Of a DNA stretch of 64,000 nt, positions 21,207 through 33,600 are shown one piece after another; the stretch's first letter is position 1, and each line of letters opens with the position of its first letter. The notes under the pieces were generated by a model. The model saw nothing but the letters and a program-made list of their open reading frames with translations. It was not told where the DNA came from and made no database searches. Source of the stretch: Tubiluchus corallicola (Eukaryota > Animalia > Priapulida); contig JAQGDQ010000031.1 of assembly GCA_030141605.1 (NCBI GenBank), positions 310,001 to 374,000 of the forward strand, read 5' to 3'. The position numbers and the translations under genes are program-made.

Positions 21207-23626
21207 CTAAAAACAAACAAGTAAAATAGCTTTCACTATAAGAAATGCACATTTTAAACTTGTTGAAGAGTTAAAAACGGTTTTATTAAATAAAACTTGC
21301 CGATTAGAGAGTAAATGTTGCAACATCCTCATTACTTTATCTAACTGTTTCAAACGTTTTTTCATTGTTTTCAAATTCAAGTACATTAAAATATATTAAA
21401 TATTTAACATTTACCAATTTGTTATTTGATATGGAAGCCATATTTGCCGAAAAGAATTTTTCTGTAGTAATTAAAACAGTGTTTACGCAGAAAACCTTCT
21501 GTTAGCAACTGCGCCAGAAAGTGCCATCGTGCTCTGTAAATTATTGTTATACGTCGCGCTAGAACCGGTCAAGCACAAAACTTGAAAAAAGTGATATCAA
21601 AATAGGTCCTGACCTATAATTAAAACCAGAAAATCGTATTGTCGTGCATGTAAGAAGTTTGCATCGAGCAAAGGACATGTTTATAAAGTTACTGGCCCCC
21701 GTACCATATACCATTAATTTGTGTCGTGAGAACGGATTTATAACTCAGATAATATCTTACACTTGTCAATGTTTCCTAATCCGTTGACCATTTTAGTGCA
21801 ATGGTGTCGATTTATATCTTACACAAAGGAATTTTAAATCATCGTGAGAAAATATTGTAGGCTAAATTTAGTGTGAAAATAATGTAGCCTAAACTTCGCG
21901 TGACCATTTGAATTAGGCCCACTATTAACTAGTTTTTAATGGTTGTCTTAGATTACGTGCTTACAGCAGTAACACACTTTTTAATGTTAATTTAAATTAA
22001 AGTGCTTACCTAAGAAATCTTCAACTATAATCGTAATGCAACACTAATTAATACTAGAAGTTAATATGCAGGTCTAATAAATAAACAACTATTTATAGGC
22101 TTTACTAAATAAGCAACTCACAGCTTGATGGTCCTACTGCATGTGTTGCTTTCATCTCACATTTTAGAATGTGTTCAATGCCACTCAATGCCAGACGTGC
22201 CATCAAAGATGTAACAGGTCCCGCAAAACCCATCAACATGTGCCTGAGAAAAAAACTTGGGAAACAAGCTACGGTAACTGCTGATCATACTTTAGGTATG
22301 AATTTTTTCGTGACTTCTTTTCGGAGTGCAAGTTCTTGCAGAACTGCTTCTTTCGCGATCATTTTGAATATTAACGGGAAACAAACAACAATATTATTCA
22401 GGTTTCAGTAATAATCTGACTTAATTTGATCCAATAAGGACTGCAACACATTGTATACCATTTATCTGCGTATAATGTTTACTGAGATGTATGTAACAAT
22501 ATAATGAAAAGCTTGATTTTCTATAACTTTATGGTAGCCACATTGGATTTTTAAATTTAAAGAAGCAAAATGTTTAAAATTTAAAAACGCAAATAAGCTA
22601 TAAGCATAAGCTTTTATCAAAAACAAAACATAATTTACATTTCTTTGTTGACCATCTTGGATAATGTATTTCGTCAATTTTTTATCCAGGTTGCCACAAG
22701 AAAGGTGTACATACACTATTAGTTTCATCTTTTGTCAAAGTCAAAAGATGCTTGACTTGTTGGTAATATTAAGCCGGTGTTACACGAAAAAAACTCAAAA
22801 CAATGATTTGACAGCCATCTTTGATTTTTTTAAATTTAAAACAAATTCAGCTTTTCCAAGAAAGCACTCGTTAGGTTCTAAATCCGCATTTCAAATTTGC
22901 ATGGAAACTGCAAAAAAAACGTTGTGTATGTCAAAAAATAAGCACCGCCTTTATCATTTGTCCTCGCTATTATACTTATAGATCTCTAATAAATGGTCTG
23001 TCTTTGCTCTTTCAGGAACTGAATTTGAGAAAATAAACTTTTTCCTCCACAAGATGTCACCACAAGTAGAAAAGTATTTCTGTGGATACACAGGATAGTG
23101 ATATGACACAATCGTTGCTGCCAGAAGATGGCGAGGGCAATCGATTAGAATGCTGAGCTCTTTAGATGTTCTTCCTCTTCTCTATTCGCCTTTGCAGTAG
23201 ATAAGCTGTAATGTAGTAATATGATTGTGAAACTGTAAGGCAGCAACCTATAGTTCATAGCTCTGCAGTCTGTGTACACAATTTACAATCACGTGCTTAC
23301 TGTAACTAGTTAATTGTACCTGACAGATCATCACTACAAGTTCATACATTCGACAAGTTCAGTTAATCAAGAAAAGTCAGCTGCACAATAAAGTGATTAT
23401 TGATGATTATCTGGCATGGAATCATTATAATTTTCATGGCTAGTTCTATACTGTACTTGAAATCCTGTGAAACTTAATCGCTACCTCAGTAATTGACATC
23501 GTTATCGACTCCTACTATTAACTGCTGATTCTACACAAGTATTATGATTATTCTTGTTATCACTGTTCGTTTATTGTTGTTTTTGGCAAAGAAATACATT
23601 TGAGTATTTTGTTTAACATAAGCCAT

Positions 23627-24312
23627 AGACAGGACTCCATGTGCGCGTACTGCGTAATGCGTGATGTATCCATAGGTTTCATAGGTCCGTAAATGCCGTG
23701 CGTATCAACAAAACTAGCGGCGCTTTTTCAGCCATTTTTGGTTACTGTCCATGAAAATTGGAAGTAATTAATTTTTAGATGACGTGTTTCTGTCGAAGTT
23801 TCAACGCGACAGTGATCAAGAAATAAGCGCAGCAACGGCATTAACTTTTCATTGTATTATATATATATATATATATAATATATATTTATTTATTTATTAC
23901 AACGGAAAAATTCAAAAGGAAACACAGATTATGGTGCATAAGATTTTGTACGGGAGAGAACAATCCGGCATGTATCACTACTTAGTTAAAGAACTGCAAC
24001 TAGATGCAAAAACATGTATGTTTATACGCTTCTTCTACAACTCAAGTGGAACGAATATGGTTACCTGAAACTTGAAAATTCGTTAAATCACCTAGGCAAA
24101 GACGGTTTCCGGTCTGCGTGTTGCGCATTCGGACCATAGCGGTCAATTATGTTCAACTGAATACGTATAACGCATCACGCATTGTGCGTTAAGTAGGCCT
24201 ACACATGGAAGCATTACATGTATTTAAATATAAACCGTTTTATACGTGCTATGTATCACATATTGCGCATATATGGAATCTTGCTTAAACAAGTGCATGG
24301 AGTCCTACCTTA
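23627..24312 (+). mobile_element. PIF/Harbinger internal-deletion derivative
   Basis: Inverted ends AGGACTCCATG (23631) and CATGGAGTCCT (24296). The internal MVHKILYGREQSGMYHYLVKELQLD resembles the N-terminus of Harbinger transposases. Confidence 0.55.
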
Positions 24313-26611
24313 ACAAAAAATGTGAGACGGTAGGAAGCAATCAAGCAGGTAATCAGGCAGGTAGATAGGTAAGTAGGAAGTTAAGTCGGTAAGTAGCTAA
24401 GATTACATGAGATTAAATTAGATTCTTTTATTTCGACAGCCAGCTAATAAATTGCTTTAACCAGCTAAGGTCAGAAGTTAGCTGATTAATTATATGACCA
24501 ATTTGCAATTTAACGCAACTACAAAAAGCGCGCACGCGCAGTCGCTTACCCTCACGTACACAAGTCTATCTCACCAAATACACAACCCCCTCCCCACGAC
24601 AAGAAATGTGCACAAGAAATATGCATGCAAATCTTGGGTAAATGTTTTCTCTTCTACTTCGTATGGCTTCATTTTAACACGCCGTTAATCGACATACGAC
24701 CCCATGATAATAATCTATTAAAATATGCGTGCTGTTATACAAGGTTGTCAGCGGAATAGAAAATGCATTTATATCAACAATGCTAACATGTCATGCTGAT
24801 ATAACACGTCAGCAGTATTACCGCCAGTCCAAATATGGCTTAGCTGATTAATTGAAAACTACATTTTTTTTATTTTAATACTCTGTTTTGGACAACTGGC
24901 TCAGTAACTAAAAAGTGTTAAACTTTTCATTTGACCGCAACTTTCAAAACGTTATTTCTTTCTGTCGGAAAATATTAAATGTGAAGCAAAAATGCGATTA
25001 ACAACAACAAACGTAGCTGAAGCTACACAGCTATTTGCGAAAATCTTTGAAGTTGAAAAATAATTTGCGATAACCTATTTTAATAAATGCAGAGATTGTT
25101 GAGACGAAAGAGAGTGTAGAATTGAAATCACTCATTAAAACTCACAGTAGCGATTATAGTTTCGGTTTACAATAATTCTTATGTTGAAAATAAGGCCAAA
25201 AGCAATCATATTATCACCAAAAATTATCAAAAGGCTTAAAAATATTACAGAAATAATCAAATCAGTGCTAGATTAAATAGGCATAGTATAGTAGCTGTAA
25301 AAAGAGAATTTTTGTAAAAACATGGGAAAGATAACTATTGGTAACTTCAATAATGTTTGTTTTTCTCTCATGATGTGAATTTTAGCGTGTGTGTAATGTT
25401 TTAATGCTGACGTTGTATTGAATCTCATCCAATGGTAATCTTTCTCTTATTTTTTTATAGAAATAGCTACTATACTATTCACTATACTGTACCTATTTAG
25501 CCTAGAACTGATTTTGTTATTTCTATAGTTTTAGGCCTTTTCATATTTTTTATGATGATGTTACTAAAGAATGTAATTGGCCTTATTTTCAGTTTTAGAG
25601 TGGTTTTAAACTGAAAGGGTCGTCGCTACTGTAAATAAGACCACGATGCAGCACTTTCGCATATTTGAAACGATTCTAGTTGTAAGACTTGAAGAGTTTA
25701 TAGAACTGAATTCTTTTGCAGGAGCAATATCACTTGATGGAAAATCCCGAACTGAGAGACAGACTCAACTTGGTTTCAAAAAGAGATTAGCGCAAGAACT
25801 AAAGTTCTCTTCTCATGCTGTTTGCAGAACATGGAAATTTTCATAGTATGATAAAAGCTGGCGCGGCGGAACACGAAGCGTTTTGTTCAATTAAGTCTAC
25901 TACGATCCAGTGAAACACATCAAAGTCGAAGCTATACGCAAAATGTGCAATTTATCTCGGGCGGTAACCCCATAGAGCCAAAGCCGCTAGTTGCCGCTGC
26001 AGTATTGCATCGGTCATTATTGAATTCTTTCTTTAGTCAATATAAAGCGAAGTCAACGCGTGGCATAGTTCACAATCTGAAAACGCGCGGCTTCTAGTGA
26101 GAGCCGGAAAATGAATAATTTGCCCGTCGTTTCAGTAGGTCGGATTGCGTTTGAGAAGCAAATTGAAGTTACTGCTGGGCGTCATCGTTTCATTAGGTCC
26201 ATTCACAGCACCATCAAACGTACTGAGGGGCGTGTTCATTACCAAGCACAGTAATGCTATCCATTCAACTTTAGCTTACATCGCAAAAACAAAGTAACGA
26301 GAAAAAGATTTTTATCTACAGTTGATTTGAGCACGATTTTTATTTGGTGCACAAACTAAGAAGAGCTTTCCGTTTTTGGCTGCACCGCAATTAAAAATCC
26401 GAACGTTACATTAGCAATGGATGTTTACCAGACGTGTGAAACGTGTCATGCATGAGAAACAAACCTGCTGTGACTTCACATGTTAAAATGCCTCAATTAC
26501 TGAGATTGAAAATTCTTCGGTGAGACAGGATTCTTGCAAAACAAGGAGCGTGCACCACTGTTGGGATGTAGGACGTAACTGGATTCAAGTAGCCGACTTT
26601 TAACCTGTGAA

Positions 26612-27175
26612 ATGGCCGATGTCGATGTAGGTTGGACGTGGGAAGAAAGAATCGAACGCCCTTCCGTTGTGTACGGTAACATTTCTGGTGCGGTCAGCTT
26701 GGCGCTAGATGGCGTTTTAGTGATAACTAACATACTTCCTGTGATTGTAGTATGCTGCATAAAACCGACCAGAGAGCGATTAATAATGGACGAGTTAGTG
26801 GCATTATTGAGCGTGTCCACATTGGTGTCTGTGTTAGTACCAGTTCCATTGACCACTATATCTTTTTTTGGGCAAAATTGGTGGGGTGGAGAAAGGACGT
26901 GTTACTTTTACCAAATTTTTACTGTATGGTTAAAGTTGTCCTCGATGTTTTTAGTGACTCTTATGGGTGTAGATAGAGCAGTCACGTTAAAACACACCTT
27001 AACTAGAAAAAGCTTTAGAAGATATCCGCAAAATGCCCGGATTTTATTGGCCATATCTTTTTCTCTGTCTCTGTCCATTTTTTTATTCCTGCTACAAGTG
27101 CTGTTTTCCAGCAGGCAGAATGCAAAACTGTATAAAAATACCATTATTAAAAAAGTGCAAGGAAACGATAAATAA
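26612..27175 (+). CDS. Rhodopsin-family GPCR N-terminal part (TM1 to about TM4), prostanoid-receptor-like; truncated or first exon only
   Basis: N-glycosylation sequon NIS, TM1 with Asn (VLVITNIL), hydrophobic TM2, extracellular loop WWGGERTC, TM3 ending MGVDRAV (DRY-like) and a hydrophobic TM4 start. The sequence then degrades into an A-rich tract. Confidence 0.7.
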   Translation: MADVDVGWTWEERIERPSVVYGNISGAVSLALDGVLVITNILPVIVVCCIKPTRERLIMDELVALLSVSTLVSVLVPVPLTTISFFGQNWWGGERTCYFYQIFTVWLKLSSMFLVTLMGVDRAVTLKHTLTRKSFRRYPQNARILLAISFSLSLSIFLFLLQVLFSSRQNAKLYKNTIIKKVQGNDK

Positions 27176-27201
27176 GAGAAGTTGATCAAAATATCGGCTG
27201 A

Positions 27202-27412
27202 AGTTTAAAATTCCCCACACGGAAGAAATTAGTTTGTGAAGCGTTAGCGATGGGTTAGAGTTAAGTTTGGTATCAGGGTTATGGTTAGGGTTAGGATTAG
27301 GGTTGGTTTACGATTAGGGTTAGTGTTGGATTAGGATTAGGGTTAATGTCGGATTATGGTTAGTGATAGGGTTAGATTTAGTGTATTTAAATTGTGTGGG
27401 AAAATGTAAACT
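27202..27412. mobile_element. MITE-like element with internal degenerate (TTAGGG)n
   Basis: 19-bp inverted ends (16/19 match) at 27202-27220 and 27394-27412 flank GGGTTA-like hexamers at 27252-27380. Confidence 0.6.
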
Positions 27413-27614
27413 CCTTTCAATCTATATAATCAAAATATCAAATTGCACACACATAACATACAAAAGCTCTACAAGAGTTGTAAGTCATAAAACAAGGTAT
27501 ATTTGTAAATATGTAAATATACTACATACAAACTCTTAACATAACACTTTAAAATAGTTAGCAAAATTTAAACCAAACAGTGCTCGTTAGCACCACTTAT
27601 CGAGGTAATACCGC

Positions 27615-30600
27615 TCATTTATCAGGTCCTGGACAGTAATATCTGTGCTGCTCTTTCTTGGCTAAAGAATCAAACACTTTACGGCACTGCTCACATTGTT
27701 TGGCATCTACTTTACTATCTTTCTCGGTCTTTAACAAACCAAACCGCTTTAGCTTTATGTATGTATTAATGCTGTTGGTATTTAATGAAGACAGTTTTAT
27801 TATACTGGCACTTCCTCCAATTTTACAAGACTTGTTTGCCTCTGGAGCGCTTCTGTTCACTGGAGTCCTTCTATTAACAGCCTGTGGCTTGGTAGATTCA
27901 AAATCATCTTTACGTGCAGAACAAGGTTTTGTTTTGTTGCTACCAGATGGCACCCCAACACTTTCCTTGCTGTTTGACAATGAGCTGCCAGATTCAAAAC
28001 GAAGCATTCTATGTTTTCTTAAGATGTCTCTTTGTTTTGCTAATTGTTGCAATTCACCCAAACAATCCATTGCAGGAACAGCTGGAAGAGCTAGGTCACT
28101 TTTTTGATGCTTACTATCTGGGTCCATTAAACTACTGGACGAGCTGCGTCTATGTAATGACTGTTCACTCTGCCTGACATCTGAAGCATTCTTATACACA
28201 CTGTAAGCCAAAAGGTCCTTTGCTGCTGGACTAGGAGTTTCGGTAACTGATTTAACATGAGAATCGCCGAATGAGCTTCTGCCACTGCTGTTTGTACCAA
28301 CTGATAAACAAGTGCTGTCTAAACTGTTCCTTGGAGTACTCTGAAAAGACATGGAACTACCCTTCTGAAAAGAGATGGAATTACTCTGCGCATTTACGTG
28401 GGGTTCTAGCTGAACAGCATTTGGCAAGTGGCCATCATCTGGACGTCTCAACTATAAACAAAAATAAAAGGAATAATAAGATAATAGTAATAATTCAAGT
28501 AATATTGTTAATATGGATAATTACGAGTTATAAAGTTTAACAAACTGCTTTTTTCCTAATGTGACTGCAGAATGACATTTTGAAATTAGTAGAACTATTG
28601 TGTGTTATAATAGTCTATACTGTAGATACTTTTTCAAAATATACAGACCATCAGCAATCTCACACTGACTTCAGGTCACATTTGTTGGCCATGGTGCTAA
28701 CTACCTACCTGCAAAATCACCAAGGTTGCTAATGGATAAAAACTTTGGCAGTACAACACTACAGTGCAGTTTTAACTGCAAAATTATGCCACAAAGTGGC
28801 TAAGACACTCAGCTGGTAGTGTCCCCCATAACCAGGGCACTTTATTTATGACTTTTCTTGCAAAATAGTCATAAATAGTCATAAATAAGATTTCAAATTT
28901 GTCATAAATAACGAAAGAAAAATAATCATTTCCCGATGAATGGAACAAAAAATTCAGTACAGAAAACTGTTTCCACCGTCTCTCTCTCTCTCTCTCTCCC
29001 ACACACACAGGCAGTCCATAAGAAGCTTGCGCGTGACTGTTTGGTGGACTAACACAGTAACTGAGACTGTCTAACTGATGCGTTTATCTGTCATTAACTC
29101 GTCTAGAAGTAACCTAAATAATAAAAAGTAAATGAGCGCGTTACCGCGAAAAAATAAATAGGCACCGACAGAATCGTTGTCGTTCCATCGAAAATTTGAA
29201 TTAAAGACAGCTTACCTATTTTAATGTCCTAAAGTTCTGCCGCCTCAAACCTACGCTCTGCACAATAACAGAAATCTACACTTCTAATTCTTTTCTTTGC
29301 ACGTTCATTTCAGTGCCTTTCTCATCCTAGCGGCGTTAGGGGTGAGCATTCTCTACCAGAAAGCGAATTCGAATCGAACCGAATTTGTGACTTTCGAATT
29401 CGAATCGAACCGAACTTCGATGCTTACCCCTAAGCGGCGTAAGTCAATGGCTTGGGTGTAGGTTTTAGCTCGAGTTTGCCGCAAGCGTTTCCCGTGCCTT
29501 ACTGCCTCATCCTCAAGAAATAAGAATAATGCCGTCTGCTAGAATTTGAGCATATTTTATCTTTGGGAGAATTTGTTGCTTCATTGTCATTAAAATTTAA
29601 CTGTTTTTCTTGTTTAGTTATTTTGCTTAATGTAATTTTAATTAGAAAACATACGTGACGGTTCCCTAGAAAGATGTAATAGCCAATAGTATTTTCCAAC
29701 ATTAAATTTAAAATCGATATTTAAAAAAATACATTATTTACTTGTACTAATTGTGGCTACGAATTGTGACTGTACGAATTAATTAATAGATTGATTTTTA
29801 TGAGCAGTAATTTTATAGGTCATCCTAAACAAATTAAAACCGATACTATAATTATTATAAACACGATCACGGATTTCAGTCTGGAGGGATGCCTGCATGC
29901 AAAACAATACGAGAAACTTCAGGCCTTGGAATGATGAAAGTAGACATTTTTATTACATTTTAATGTAATGAAGAACGAAGAAAGGCAAAATACAAGATTC
30001 TGATTAAAAATATGTATTTCTTTTAGCTCAGGATGGCATTTTTGGTCAAAATTTGACACGTCATAAATAGTCATAAATAAAATCTGAAATTAGTATTAAA
30101 TAAGCTATTTATGCAATTTATGACTAAAGTCATAAATAAAGTGCCCTGCCCATAACTGATGTATCAGTTAAGTTTTGGTCCTACTCATCAGTTGATTAAC
30201 TACATCCAAGTTAAATACTGGACACCAGACTGAAACATTCAAAACCCTTCTTAAAAATACATTATCCTAAACTTCCAGCTTTTTCAGGCAAAGAGTGAAA
30301 TGTGTTAAATTTAAATTATCAGAAAAAAACATGAACATTAGCAGATATGAACATTTTTCTTATTAGAAAAAGAAAGCCTTTCAAGCAAGTATATTCTTGA
30401 AATGTGATAATAAATGGTTACATACTAAAATAGGACTTGCATTAACTGCTGCAAGTTTGGCGATGGATCTTTGCAGAGTATCATTTTGCTGCTCAAGTAG
30501 ATTAATTCGTGCATTGTTTGCCAAAATTTGTTTCTCCATGTCAGTTTTCACGTCACCATTACCTGAAAAAAAGATTTCCTGTATTGATATTAATGTTAAA

Positions 30601-33600
30601 TAATGGGAAGGGTTTCACAGAAAACCATTAGTAATGTGTAGATTGAGAAAGCTTCAAACTTAAGACTTCAGAAGCTTTTCAGCCTCTCTACTCTTAGAAG
30701 CTAAACTTACCATTAAGATCAACTTTAATGGGTCCATAAAGATCTGGATACTGTAGCAACAGCTTCTCTCTCTCTTCTAAGTTTTTTATGGAAGATGTCA
30801 AAGACATTACTTCATCTTTCAGCTTCTTAATTAAAAGCCGATCATTACATTTTTCTTCCCGAAATTCTTCCACTTGTCGCTAAAATGCATTAAAGTGATA
30901 AAACTGGCTACTAATAATTGATTGATTAGTGATATCTCCCTACATTTATATACTTGTGAAGTAAAAATCTGGAAAGATGCTATCATTTATATATTTTTGG
31001 CAATATTAGCACTTTTTGTATATTGTTAAAAGTTGATTGCACCATACATGAAGTGAACAAACCAATATACAGGAGAATACAAGAGAATTACAGTAACATT
31101 AGTGACTGACTATTAATATCTGCATACATTTTTACATATTTGTAAAATATATTATTATATGTGTAGTTTATTCACATCTAAAATTGATAGAGCACATAAA
31201 ATGGCTGGGCCAATAAAAACTTTTTTGGGAAGTGCGGTGCTAAGTGGTCACTCCGAAAACTAAATAACCAAAGATGTATCTGGAAAGATACTATCTTTTA
31301 TATCTTTTCGGCAGTATTAGCAGTTTTTGTAATAGTATTAAAGTTGTCTGTACCATAAATGAAGTGAACAAACTACAAATATACAAATATAATAAACAAA
31401 TGAACAATAACAAACTACAAAAATATTCTGAACTACAGTACTGGGCAATAAATTTTTTTCTTGGAAAGAGCAGTGTTGAATGGTCACACTCAGCATTTGC
31501 GTCCAAAGTTATATGACAATCAATTTATTCAATAAGTGGGTAAGTGACCACAGGAAAAATGTTTCTAGGGCATTCCATCTGGCTATTTACCTCATTGGGG
31601 TAAACACATTTGTAGGCGGCTAATACATCCACCGGTTCAACATCTCATCTCAGAGGATTGCTGTTGATACTGATACTGGGTTCTGGTCCTGTCACACAAA
31701 CATCAGCAGTAAATATGCCCGCCAATGAGTTCTGGATTGTGGCATGTAGACTGCTCAACTGTATCTATGGTTAATATAGAAATTACTTGTAGCTTTTGAC
31801 AGAGACTGAAAACATACCTGAACAGTTTCTATTTGACGTGAATTGAAAGAGTGCTTTTTTTCAATAGTACAGTAGTCATCATATAATTTGTTCCGTTCTG
31901 CTATAACTGCATTTAGCTGTGTAGATTGATCCACATTGCTCTCTCTTAGCTGCTTTAAATTTGTCTTAAGGACTTCAACTTCTCCATTGACTTTCTAAAA
32001 AACAAAAAAATGTGGAATTTTTTTATTAATCTGTAATGGATGTACGTTAGACCTCGTTATGATGCCGCCTTTTATAATGGCAACCTCGCTTAATGCTATT
32101 TTTGACAAAACAGAATGTCTATATTTGCATAGACAAATGTATAGTAATGCACCTTGTTAATAACGCCAACACTTTTGCAGTACAACAAAGTAGGCAGTGT
32201 AAAGAGGTTTGACTTTACTTATAACAAATAAAAAAAGAAATATTTGCACTATTTTAAAAACAACAGGTAGTATACTGCCTTTTTGCTAAATGAGCACTCC
32301 AAAGTGTGATAGCTTACGAAAGTTCAGACGGATGGCTATGCTGCACTTTCAAAGTTACTCAAAACAGTCGTTTACAAATTACCTGTACCATACAAGTCAT
32401 CTAGCACTGAAATGCTATTTTCTATGTTAAATAAATTATAGTGATTTTGAAAAACATGAAAAAAATGCACGAATGCTGGTGGATTTACAGGACAAAACTA
32501 ACAAAAGTAACTATCTCACAACGGGCAGTGAAACACACTTTGTCCAGAGTTGCAAAACTGGCCAAAATTGGCTAACAAATGAAGAATGAGTATAAATCTC
32601 ATACCTCATGAAAACTCTTAAAAATAAAAAATAAACAGCACCGTACGTCTAAATCTGTCTGTTGTTTCCTGCATGTTTCTTCGCATGTACTTAGTTCAGA
32701 TTGTTTCTTGTCATAATTTTTTTGAAGCTCAGTCAGAGACATCTGTAGTAATTGCTGTTCTTGTGCTAACCTCCTTACATCAGCATCATTTGCCGAACAT
32801 TTCACTAATTTCTCTTCTAGGGCATTAATTTCAGCATCTAGAAGAAAAAAGGTGAGTCGATCACACAAAGTCCAAGTAGTTTTTATGAAATGCCCAGTAT
32901 GCCATTGAATGGTAATCCTTCATGATCCCCAGGAAGTACTTAAACAACAAATTAAGCAAAGTTAATGCACATACGTGTTTCTGTCAGTCTGTCCCGAAGT
33001 GAAGATGAGGTGCACTTCTCATTTTCAAGAACCTCTCCAATAGTTTTATTTCTTTCTAAGAGTACAGATTTCTCTTCAGAAAGTTTAACGATTTCACCTG
33101 AATCAATTAGATCATAATAAAAATTTACAGCCATGTGCTCTTCCACTTTCAAACGAGATGTGACATAATGCTTCATTACAATATAACTGATTTTATGACG
33201 ATTACAGTTAGTTGTGTCTTGTTGGCTTAAATTTAATGTAACAGCAGTACAAAAACACAAAACAACATTAACGCTACACAAAAATAATAGAAATGTCATC
33301 AAATAGAAGTGAAAGACAAGATTCTCTTGCTCTTTTACAAATACTAGTCTTAAAAGTGTGACCAAGCAATAAGCACTAATGTAATCTGCAGTATTCTAAA
33401 AAGAAAGAAGTGATGCAGCTATGTAATACATCAAACATAAAATAAACAGTAAATAAGTATGTGAAAATATAAAAAATTTTAGTAGTTGACCTCATACAAA
33501 TGATTTTTTTATTTATTTGTTTCTTATAGTTTGATATACTATCACATGGAATGCAGATAATATAGTAAAGAACAATGGAGCATTGCATATCTGGCTTGGC

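Noticed and set aside
27252-27380. True telomere or chromosome-fusion site
   Set aside because: The array is short, degenerate, in one orientation and enclosed by inverted termini.
27658-28177. Plus-strand ORFs over the CCDC157 last exon (and minus-strand ORFs over the GPCR)
   Set aside because: They are antisense shadows of real coding sequence.
31643-31650. Selenocysteine or readthrough reading of the in-frame TGA in the candidate exon
   Set aside because: No SECIS element was recognised and the exon itself is unproven.
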